Positions 25,014 to 35,991 of a DNA stretch of 52,827 nucleotides are shown here, piece by piece; the first letter of the stretch is position 1, and each line of letters begins with the position of its first letter. Below the pieces are notes generated by a model. That model had not been told where the DNA came from. It was given only the letters and a program-made list of their open reading frames with translations, and searched no databases. Origin of the DNA: Mesotaenium endlicherianum (taxonomy: Eukaryota); contig WELA01002202.1 of NCBI GenBank assembly GCA_009602735.1, positions 169,328 to 222,154 on the forward strand. The letters run 5' to 3'. The translations under genes and the position numbers were made by a program.

Positions 25014-26605
25014 CTAAGTACTCGGGGTTGTGTCTCCTGGGGAGCGAGACCTGAAACTGGACCTTCTTCTCCTAGTTGATGGCCTCCTAAAATGTGGGGG
25101 CTCGGACCAGGGTGAACCCAGGGGTGAACGCAGCAGCTGGACAGTGCTCTCTTGCACTGTTTGCAAGTTTATGGAGACAGCTCTTTCCTGTGCAGCTCTT
25201 AAGCTGACAGGCACATACACTGGCATGCTAGAGGGGTGCTGCATGACATGGGATAAGGGCACATGTCCTTTGCTAGAAGGGGATGTTGGCTGCCCTCTGG
25301 CTGCCTCCTTAGCAGCCCTCCTGTCTGCTTTGTCTGAGTGAGTCTCCTTCCCCGGGGTGGGACTCCTCCTGCTGAAACTGCCCAGCGACTGAAGATTTGG
25401 ATCTCTTGGTGGGCTAGGGTCAGACTCCTCCTCCTCGTTGTCCTCCTCTCCATCGCCCGCTTCTTCTTCTTCCTCGTCCTCCTGCTCCTCTGAAATCTAT
25501 GGAGTTTCTCGGGTCATTTCTTCCTGCCGCTCCCGAGATAAAGAGTATCCCACTGACCTCCCCCTTTTGGGTGCGGGTGGGGGCTGCTGGGTCCTGACCG
25601 CATACAGGTCCTTTGCCCCTTGCTTACTTGTCCATTTGGCATAAGCATGCTTTCCTTTGGAAAAGGTATCCCTGGCCCTGGTCCTATCCTCCTGTATCTC
25701 CGGGCTCATGCAGTCTCTGACCCCATCGAGTCAAGGGTCCCATGTTGCAATGTGAGGTGGCAGCACTATCTTCCCCTGCAAGTCTGCCAAGAAATTGTCT
25801 TCCTCGGCCCTGTCATAGTGCTAGTCCTTGATGTTGATAGTCATCCAGCGCCAGTCCGTAGACTGTAGAAAGAAAGCAGGGTTCGCCCTCTTCAGGGTGC
25901 AGGGATACCAGTACCTCGAGAAATCCAGCTGACTGGTCTCTCTGGCTAAGAACTCCCAGCTTCTTCTCTCCACCTTGTTGTACATGGCCTGTGGGCAGTG
26001 GCATCCTTGAAGCTATCTGGTTGCATAAGGATCAACCTAATGACCCTGTCTGCGCCCCAGATGCTCGGTATTGGCAGAGCTTCAAACTTATTTGTCTTGG
26101 CCAGTGCTTTGGCCTCTCGGGTAGTATATCCCACCATCCTGGCATAGTCATGGTACAGTAGCAACCCTGTGCTGACCTCTGTGTACTTGTCCAAGTTTTT
26201 GGACGTCTCCCCCTCCCGCTGCAGTATGTCCCTCTGCGACTTGCTTTGGCTTCTCTGGGCATACTTGAAGGCTTCCTCCAAAAGGTCAAAGCCCTTGCCC
26301 ATTATCGTGTAGGGGTAATTTTTAATCCTCCTCTGTTCCTCCTCAGCCTGCTGTTTCCGCCTCTCCTCGGCCAACCTTTGCTCCTCTGCCTTCTTGGCTT
26401 CCTCTGCAGCCTTTTTGTCATGCTCCTCCTGTCTCAACCTGGCCTGTTCCTCCTCCTTCTTCTTATGAGCCTCTCGCTGCAGTCAAAGTTGCTCTGATTC
26501 TCGCAACGAGATGGAGGATGACTTGATGTTGCCATGGAACTCCTTGTACTTAGCCTGTGCCTCCTCCGCCCTTCTTTTCCTCTTGAGTTCCAACTTCTGA
26601 GTCAT
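25014..26605 (-). pseudogene. Decayed extra ORF (~530 codons) between the chromodomain and the 3' LTR
   Basis: From the ATG at 26605: MTQKLELKRKRAEE..., a Lys/Glu/Arg coiled coil, an aromatic-rich middle, an acidic tract (EEQEDEEEEEAGDGEEDNEEEE) and a Ser/Arg/Pro tail. It can be read through a few stops and a frameshift near 26005 to the stop at 25014. Confidence 0.6.
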
Positions 26606-27091
26606 CCTGCTCAATCATAAACACAATGAGGTCAGTGTAGTCATGGTATTATGCACCATCATGGAGGAAGGCAAGACCGTAGCAATGAGCGTTATCAAGT
26701 ATGTACTACCTGGTGTAACGGAAAGTGGGAGAGTGCTGGAGTGAGGAGTGAGTGTGAGGGCAATTCGAGCATGAGAAATGGTTATGCAAGGAAATTCGAC
26801 TGGTTCCCGAGGTGTTAGCCTGCTCCTTCCAACTTAACGTTCAGGGGTGGGTTGCCTGTCAAGCTGCTACTTCCTAGCACATCCTGTCAGTCTGTCACTA
26901 ATTGGCCCCTTTCCTTGGAAACTAACTGTCACTTACTTCCTTTCACCTCCTGTTAGTCCGTTACTAACGGGCCTTTTCTCGCACACTGACTGTCACTTTC
27001 TGGATTAACTGTCACTTTCTGGCACATTTCCCCTCCAATTTAAACGGAGACAGGACCTCCTGTCACCTTCCCATGTCAACTGAAATGACTG

Positions 27092-28536
27092 TTAGGGGGG
27101 TGCCCCAGCCGCCTGAAGGTGGAACCCGTTCAACGCCCCTTTGGCATTGGTCAAATAATCTTTAAATTCCCAAGTATCCCCAGAGGCACCCTTCCATCTG
27201 ACCAGGTACTTCATGACATATTTAGATGATCGACGGACAGAGCAAGCGTCTAAAATCTCCTCGACCTCATATGTCTCAGTGTCACCATCCCTGACAGCGG
27301 GGACCAATCCCAATTGGACAAGTTACCGATTGTGAACAGTGTGTCACCTTTGATGTACGGTTCCAGGAAGGAGACATAAAGACTGGATGACCCTTGTATT
27401 CCGCTAACATGTTCAGTTTGTAAGCATTCTGACCGAACGGCGCACCACCGAATATGGACCGATCTAGACCGGACAAAGCTTTTTCTTGACCAAACCAGGC
27501 AGGTACAGGTCTTGAGAATGCAGGTTGACCAAATCGCCCTTAGGAAATGTCAGCTCTCGACGGTGCTGATTAGCATATTTTTGTTGATTTTCCTGGGCTT
27601 TGTCCAGGTTCTTTTGGACTTGTGACATGGTGTTAGCAAAATCCTGAGTTAATTGGAGAGACACCGGATTGTCAATTCCCTCAGGGTGAGTTAAAGACTC
27701 CCCTAGCACATCCAAAGGAGACGTAGGGACTCTACCCAAATTGAGATCAATAGGGGTCTTTCCCGTTGACGCGTGCACCGCACTGTTGACCGCAAACTGA
27801 ATTTGAGGCAACAGGTCATCTCAATTATCTTGTTTTTGGTTAATATATGCTCTCAGCAACTCTTGCTGACCTCGATTTGTTCTTTAAGTCTGCCCATCAG
27901 TCTGAGGGTATTTTGCTGTGCTAAGTAGCTGTTTGACTCCTATTAACCCCACTAAAGCTCTCCAAAAGTTAGAGGTAAATTTTGAGTCTCTGACAGAGAT
28001 GATATTAGACGGTAGCCCATGTTGGCATACTACATGATTGTAGAATTGTCTCGCAGTTTCCAGTGCAGTTACTTTGACAATTGTGGGGATGAAAATGACC
28101 ATTTTTGTCAGTATATCCACTACTACCAGTATCGAATCATGCCCATTGGCAGTTCTTGGTAGTGTTACCACCCAATCCATGGATATTGTTTCCCAGCGTC
28201 CAGCTGGGATGGGCAGTGGTTGTAAGAGACCCCCAGGTGGTGTGTGCCTAGACTTAATTCTCTGACACTGATCACAAAACTTAACATATTTCAAGACCTC
28301 CCGAGCCAACCCATCCCAAAGACAATGTTTTGCCATTTGCCAACAGTTTTGGCCTGTCCCAAATGCCCACCCAATGAATTGTCATGCGCTTGACTCAGTA
28401 AGAGTGATCTTAGTTCCAAGTTATTAGGAATGACCAGCTTCAGCCTGCCTAAAGTGGTTTCAGTCACCCAGACCCCTCCCTTAAGCCTATACCCGAGTGC
28501 AGTAGCAGGTTACACACCATCAATGGGGCTGGGCTC
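27092..28536 (-). mobile_element. Integrase plus chromodomain half of a chromovirus-type Ty3/gypsy element
   Basis: LVIP...AHDNSLGGHLG, CDQCQR, GLLQPLPIP.GRWETISMDWV.LP, ILVVVDILTKM, HGLP.NIIS.RDSKFTS.FW, PQTDGQT, a decayed GPY/F region, and a chromodomain YEVEEILD...YLVRWKG...DTWE. Confidence 0.9.
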
Positions 28537-30230
28537 ATATTGTCTCCATACTTCAAATGAGAGGTCTTCTCATATGTGCGGATGTGTTTTGTAGAGGACT
28601 GAAAAAAAGTTTGTGGTGAACTCGTCTGAAGCTTCAGAGGAAGTCACCCCATACTGGGCTGCTCGGCTCCATGCTACCCTTCAGCTGCCGTCCCTTGAAG
28701 AGGGACCTCTTATCATTCCATTGCGTCTTACTGTCCCTCTCTCATTATCTGCTTCAAACGCTTATCGCTTGCCTGCGACACTGCCTCTGCATAGCGGCAT
28801 CGGTCGGCATGTTTTCCATTCTTCACACAATGGTAAGGGAAAGGAGAATGTGCGTCTTGCAGGGTTAGAAACATTGTGCCCTTCTCCTACATTCAATGCC
28901 AAGTGCGTGCAGCCTCTCCAATTGATTGCGGATGACTCCGCACTCGTGAAGAGGGTTAGGTTTGAGTGATGAGTTCTACCTCTATATATACACAATAGCA
29001 CTCGTGGAACTTGTTGGTTTTCTTTACATTTTCAACTAGGAAAATGTGAATAAGGTTTTGAATTAAAGGTGTAGGTTTTACTAGTTCAGTGGAGCGTTGC
29101 TCATGACCTGCAGTAGTTTGAGTAACATTCTTGCAGCTTGTATGCTATTTAATCAATATGGTTTGCCATATCCACGCTCAGCACGCTCTATTTCTATAAG
29201 CGGGTGGAAACAATAAGCGGGTAGAAACAGCAGGGTGAAAGCCATGCAAGGCTTTTTGGAGAATTAAGCGTTGAAGGTCGTGAACCTGTTGTCTCCTCGT
29301 TGGAACAGGTCCTCGTCCACAAAGTTTTGGTGTATAGTATCAGGCAAAGCTTTACTCCCTCATGTTTGTACCTTGTTGTCTAAACTTCATTCACACATAA
29401 TCGTGACACAACCATTGAAGACATGTTGACACATGATCATCGCACAAGTATTTGTTTCACTTGAAAATTGGACTATTCTCATGGTCCATGTTTTTTGGGA
29501 TCCACGCAATATTGTGCACCTAATACATCCATTACACTTTTACACCCACTTATGCACTTCAAAAGCACGTAATGTATGTGTAACATCCTACTAGTTGTGC
29601 GTGACCTAATCAGCAAAACAAACAACAAGTATCAATCGCTCGGAGGTCGACATTCATCCTACAGTACCTTGTAGTAAAGTTAGCTCTTTTCAACTCATCG
29701 TTGACTATTAAGAAACTCCTTCACAAAGTCTAAGGCATTCATGAAAATGCTATGGTACAAGTGGCCGAGCAATAACACAGCGGCCATTATGGTTGTGACT
29801 ACATAATGCAGCAAGGATTCAGCTGGAAATGATGGACGACGTGGACAAGGAGCAAAGATGAGGGCTACAGTGAATGTTGCCTCAGTTGCCGGCGGGAGTA
29901 CAAATAATGTGCCTCAACTCAGCACATGGACTAAATTGTGAGAAAGTGCTGCTGATTTCATGCTTACTGTGTACCAATTAACGGCAGCACAAGAAACTTC
30001 TCACTTGGGGACGTCATATACAAGGCCGGATCTCTCATTTATGCGCACACACATGGTAGTCACAAAACGCAAACTGAGTATGAATAAAAATCAGGGAGCA
30101 AACCTCTCCTAGGCAATAAGTCAATGGACTGTTCACTCAACACCTGGCTCGGACACATTACACCCCTACTGCTTAACCTAAGCCTGCGCTGGTGAAATTC
30201 TAAGCAGACACTGATCCCTAAGACAAGTTT

Positions 30231-31830
30231 CTAAACCCTAAATATCACTCGAGCATCCTTGTCAGTGATCCTATTGCATGTAGCCTGAGCGTACAGGGCA
30301 TATGAATGAAGCCACTTGCCCTCAGGGTCACAAGTGCACCAGATGTGCACAATCACATCGTCTGGCATTCTCGTGAGGCCAGCAACCAGCGAGAGCAAAT
30401 AATGGGTGTCTAGCTGTAACACACGCAGGCTTCTCACTGCACATACAACGTCCCACAAATAAATGGGTCCGTCCTCCTCATCCCGCTCAGGAGGATCCTC
30501 CCCCCACCAGTTCAAAGATAGGTTTGTCAGGCACGAGAGTGAATCCAGGCGAGGGAACTGCACACCCGGCTGCATCGTCATGTGGAGCACTCGCAGGTTG
30601 GAAGTGCAGAAAAATGGTGTTGTTCCACACTCCGGGTGAGAGAGATATCCAATACAAGAAGGCAGGGCATGGCTACCTCAAGCCTGGAAAGTGCTCCCTC
30701 CATCCTCAGCTCTTGGATGGTGCCCCTTGCGCCCTTTGAAATTATTTCAACGGGGGCTCCAGAAGGGGGGAATTACCGCGCAGATATGTGGCAGCGATGG
30801 ACCTACGTCAAGAGACGTGAGCCTAGACGTTCTGTTGATGATGTCCAAATCCCTGTTGGAGCCGTTGCAACATTGTGTCAAAGCCAGACAACAAGGATGT
30901 GAGAATGTGGACATCTGGCATTGAACGCACGGCGTGAGGCGACGTGTGCTCACATAAAACACACTGGTAGAGGAGAACCCCAAACCCTAAGCCCAAAGCG
31001 CACAATAGTAAGAGCAATACGTACCTTGAGTCCTCGTATCTCCAGCTCATCCAGCGAGGTCATGTTTCTTATGGAGTCCAGCACCTGACACATTGGCATT
31101 CTTCACAACTAGGCATCTAACTGCCTTACACTCTTGTAGCTAATCCGATGAGGGCCACAGAAGGCAGTTTGTGCACATCTTGAAGTGTTGAAGGTAAGAT
31201 AGGTTCAAAATGGAGCGAACCAATGGCACCATGAACCTACAATAAAAGTCCGGATGCATACCACAAGTGTCCTAGGTAAGTTTTGTCAAGAACAAATTTC
31301 CACTGAGATCAAACGCCTGTAGACGCGTTTTAAAAAGATCCACATGATGCTTGGAAAGCGAAAGTGTGGAGTCAAGGGTGGAGATTGTTTCTCCAAATTT
31401 AATTCCTCGAGGTCAGTCTTGAGTGCTATGAAAGGTTGTGCATACTACAGACATTCCAATGACTCAGACAAGACTAGGTGTAAGGTGGTGATGAGGGGGA
31501 AGGCGTTGCCAACGAGTCTAGAAATGATGTCCTCTGTATGCTGGCATATTGTGAGTCAATAATAAGTCTCCGTATGTTTGGCATCCTACAAAGTTGGTGT
31601 AACGCTATGTTTGCCCTTGAGAGCTTGTGCCACACTATGGACGCTTCCGTGAAGGAGGATAACACAATTTTGCTCCAGTCCTTGCACACCCTAGTGAGTC
31701 TGCGGGCTTCTGCTGCATCCACCCGCAAATAGGCATTCCAGTGCCTCTCTTGTTTCTCAAAAGTTTGCCTCAGTATTTGCTGCAAAACAGGTTTTGAGAG
31801 GCTACAGAAGGGATTTTGAAAGCAGCCATC
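30231..31830 (-). pseudogene. F-box/LRR-like pseudogene
   Basis: F-box-like PFCSLSKPVLQQIL...RRLTRVCKDW, followed by LxxLxL repeats (MPNIRRLII, FPLITTLHL, DLEELNL, MTSLDELEI, SRLTSLDV, NLRVLHM, CLTNLSL, SLRVLQL). Frameshift near 31505, in-frame stops, and a probable intron at 30915-31024. Confidence 0.6.
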
Positions 31831-32284
31831 TACACAATATTCACTTTATTGGCTGCAACTGCTAAGTGTCGGATAAACTCTCATCAAATATAGACCACAA
31901 AATAGAAGGTGACTGCTATCGAGGCACAGGATAAGCACAGATGCATGAACAGTCTAAGTTGTATGAGCCCATAATCCTTAAGAGGATATTATCTTGAAGG
32001 GAAGTGTGATGAAAAGTTATGAGAGGCAAAATGTATCACTGAGGAGTGCTGAAGAGCACATAAGAGACAAAGAGATCCGACGATGAAATCATCTTCGCGG
32101 TGAAAGCGATGGACCGTTTCCAGACAACTTCCACGGTGGGAAACGGAGGAACAGCCCGTCCACGTTGATATTTCAAAATAGGTTACGCGGTTGTTCAAGT
32201 TGGAGAGGAGAAATTTAGCTCTTTGTCGGGAGTGGAGATGGCCGAAGATGGACACCTGGGGCGTTTTTTGCCGTTTAGGTCCAA

Positions 32285-32705
32285 ACCGATCTTAGGGTGA
32301 GATTGAGCTTGTGCCTGACAGTCAGCCACCGTGGCAACAAACCTATGGGCTGCTTTATCTGGAGAGTGAAGAACAAAAAACACAGGTTAAGGAACTTGAG
32401 GAGAATGAACATGATTCTTCTATAGCATATCACTCTATGGTACATCCATTATATTTGTTGCAAAAAAAGATGGCAGTATGCGAATGTGTGGAGATTACGA
32501 ATTGCGTAACAGAAGTACCGTAAGAACAAATTCGCTTAACGCAAATTTGAGCATTTGTTGGATATTTTGTCTGGTGCTAAAGTTTTCAATAGGATTGATG
32601 TGAAAAGTGATTATCATCAAATCAAGATTGCTAAGAGAGATAAACACAAGACTGCTTTTTGCACACGCTATGGACATTATGAGTTCAATGTGATGCCTTT
32701 CAATT
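32285..32705 (+). mobile_element. Isolated Ty3/gypsy RT fragment of the same family as 22750-23155
   Basis: gagattgagcttgtg...cagccaccgtggcaac matches ~22748-22790; [30 protein letters not shown]. Confidence 0.85.
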
Positions 32706-33713
32706 TGCCTTTCAAAGTACCTCGAATTACCTTTTTGTTTGTATCGCTACATTGGTATCAAAGCGCGGACGTACGCAACCGTGTCCAGGAGGCAAGGGTT
32801 TGAATCCCGCGGGGTGCAAAAACTCGTCGATGGTACAACCGTACGGCGATCTTTGGATTGTACGAAGAAAGGACACTATCTTGAAACAACGTCCCTCGCG
32901 CCGCCGGGGCCTAAGTGCTCGGGACGTGCACACTTGTAGGTGGGAGGAGTGTAATGATCCGCCGCGTGGTCGGATGCGACGCGTGCAACACGTCACGGAA
33001 TGCGACCGGATGTGTTGGTTTGAATTGTATAAGTACAATTGGCGCGCGATCAAAGTACCTCGAGTTATCTTTTTGTTCGTATCGCTACACTCACACCGCG
33101 ACCAAAACGAAACGAAACTGAGCCCACCGGGCTCATGAAAAGTTACGAATCGGCCACGGGCTATTCGGCCCGTGCAATGGCGATCGCAAAATTGAACGGG
33201 CCAAGGGGCGCCACACAACCCCCTTGACCAAAAAGATTCAGCGGGGAGCGTGGAAAACCCAAGACCCTCCCTGTTGATAGACGTGACAGGGCAACGGGGC
33301 CACCCCCCGCCACCCGACGTCCCGGGCTAAAGATTTCCTTGGCCCAACAGGCAAGATAAGGAGGCCCAGAGGCCCCCTTCTTGCCGACGGGTCTTCTCGG
33401 GCCGACTCGGCGGACATGGTTGGCACTTGGAAGATTCGACGGGATGCGGGCCAAGCAGGCCCCTTGTCTCCTCGTCGATTATTTCGGCAAAACACAACAA
33501 TAACTCAAGTTAGTGTTTTTGTAACGATCCGAGCTTTTTTAGGCGTAGTTAGGACGTTTCCCAATTACCTAAAGTACGTTATACTATTTATCATGTTATT
33601 TGATAAATAATTGCATCATATTCAATTATTTGCCACACGCGTGTGTCGATTAATTCTTGGTCGATTGGCGAAACGACCGAGATACTATTGCAAAAAGCGT
33701 TGTAACGTAACTT

Positions 33714-35987
33714 GACTACTTCGCAAAAGTACGACATAATTATTCATAAAGTTACTTCGATTAATTATGAGATGATAACTTAACAAATCACTGATTGATT
33801 AAGTTGATTTGATTGTCATTATTTCGGATAATGCACAGTCACAGATTTCGCATTTACGACCAATCGTTAATACAAAGAAACAGTCGTAAAAGTCAAACGA
33901 CACATAATATGCAAAGCGACTTTGCATCCGAGCAGATACGGACCCGCGACCTGTCGTTTGAAACGTTCACACCTAAGCGATTGGCGAAGTAGTTTTCATA
34001 ACTACCGGTTCATGACGAAAGCATGTGTACGCGACTCCGCGAACAGTCGCGACTTTTCAAAAAGTCGCGTGAACGCGAATACGCCCGTTTGGCGTGAAAT
34101 GGTTTTTCGGAAACCGTCGAAAAGTCTCCAAACGGCCAAACGGCGCGTTTCGAGCATTCGGCCGAATGGGTCGTACCCCTTCGTCCGTTTACGTTGAACA
34201 TGAACCAGTGCCCTAGGTGGTGACTCAAAGCACTCCAGTGCCTCATGTCGTGCAAGTATAAATACTTGCAAGAGTCATCGTAAGTGCAACTCTTACAAGC
34301 ACATATTCTACGTTAGTTTTCATTTCCGCTATTTCAAGTATTCGTCAATTCGCACAAGTATAAAGATTTTCTTTCCACTTCAATTAAATATTTCTTGAAT
34401 ACCGAGGAAAGATGTCGTGCCTAACAGCGTCGGACCCCTGGCACGTGCGTAGCTTCTCAGCACGCGTGCCTTCAACCCGGTCGACGTGTCGGTGGTCCCT
34501 TTCACGTGCGAGAATTTCCTGGTCGTTAGTCGGTGCGCTGCTGCACGTGGGAAATCGACCAAGTTGATGGTCCCCTGCACGTGTGTCGGTGGCAGACTGG
34601 CTGGAGGTTGACCCGTTCCTAGTCTTCCTGCACTTGCATCATGCGGTGAAGCATCACACACTCAGTGCTTCCCATGCTCAACCAGTTCCTCATTCCACCC
34701 TACCAACACTTATTAGAAATTTTCAAAAAGTTATCTCATCCTCAGCTTCCCTTACAAGGACAGAAGCGTCTTACGTCCGCACACGCTTTCACCCAAGTTG
34801 AGGGTTTACAGAATGAACAAGTTTTGTCGTTTGCAGAAATCACGTCTAAGCAGCTTAACAGGCAATGCTAGAGTCAAAGAAATTCGCCCTTTTAGGCTTT
34901 CGCTTAACTTCCACAAGTCACAGCTTACAAAACTATGAAATTGCACATCTATGCTGGCCTGGTTTGAGCTCTTCACTCAACACCGCGCCTTAACAGCTCT
35001 TCACTGCTCGGCTGGGCTTACTCAGTTCTTCACTGAGAGCTTTACTTGTTAAGGCTACTCTTGCTATCAGCAATTCGACAATTGAGACTTCTCAGAACTT
35101 GGAAATTAACACAGCATTCACCATTTTAAGTGACCCTCGCACGCTTATGGCGTTTGACCCAAATCTGTGCTAATCTCCTAACAGATTCTATTCAGCAGCT
35201 CTTTACTTTCTACCAGCGAGCTCCTCTCTTGGGAACTCCTGAGGTCTAACCTTTCTATGATACACTTAGGAAGAAATCTTCCAGCGTCGGCAGAAGCGTG
35301 GCGTCTCGGCTCTTCTATGGCCTTGGGAACTCCTTCTTCGTGCTCCTTCTGCTCCTTCAACTTCCTTTGACAACGATGCGAGCAAGAATGAGGCAGCTTC
35401 AGGCAGGGCTCGTGCCTTTTACAGGCACCACACATTATCCTCTCTCGAGAATGCCAGTGCTTAGTTACAGTGCTTAGCTTGCTTGCTGTCCTTACCTAGC
35501 AGCTCTCACACAGCTTAGAAGTTGTCATTCAGCATGCATGCATGCCTTGAGATTGTCGCGCGTGACTGCTTAGCCTTTCAGCTGACAATCATACCTATGT
35601 GGCTGGCCGGCAGCGTTTAGGATGAACGCTCAAGCCGTGACTAGTCACCTGAGGGTCTCGGCCGAGGTGGCACACAACGCCTCTGCAACATCCCTGCTGT
35701 ACTTGGCTTAGATAGCCAATTGATCAGTACCTTTCTTGGCACTTGCTGGGCTGGCTCATTGCTGGTTCCAAACCCCTAACCTTTTGGCTGACTACTCCGT
35801 CCAAATCCCCATCCATCCTTGGGTGTGGGTTTGACGTGTCGTGACCACTTCGACAGTGATAACGACGTTGACATGACCGCTGACTGAGATAACTCGGTCC
35901 TTTGGTCGGTGAGTCAACGCTGACTTCCCGTACCTGGGCGGCCGTGACTTGCGCTGTGCGTGCGGCACCGTCAAGTGGATAGCAGTC
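33714..35987. repeat. Tandem non-coding unit 1 (~2.3 kb)
   Basis: Block A 33714-34413 is near-identical to 35992-36689 (offset 2278). Block B ~34878-35974 is more distantly similar to ~37297-38410. The unit begins GACTACTT and ends TAGCAGTC. Confidence 0.85.
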
Positions 35988-35991
35988 GCGA

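Noticed and set aside
28613..28969. 118-aa ORF next to the integrase breakpoint
   Set aside because: GTG start, no recognisable motif, no splice support.
30232..30990. AAACCCTAA telo-box or interstitial telomere motifs
   Set aside because: Isolated single copies inside a pseudogene; compatible with chance.
32752..32763. TGGTATCAAAGC as the PBS of another LTR element
   Set aside because: No identifiable LTR upstream (an RT fragment lies there) and no gag downstream; it overlaps the tRNA-like module.
33155..33174. CACGGGC-tattcg-GCCCGTG hairpin as a Helitron 3' end
   Set aside because: No CTRR terminus at the expected distance on either strand.
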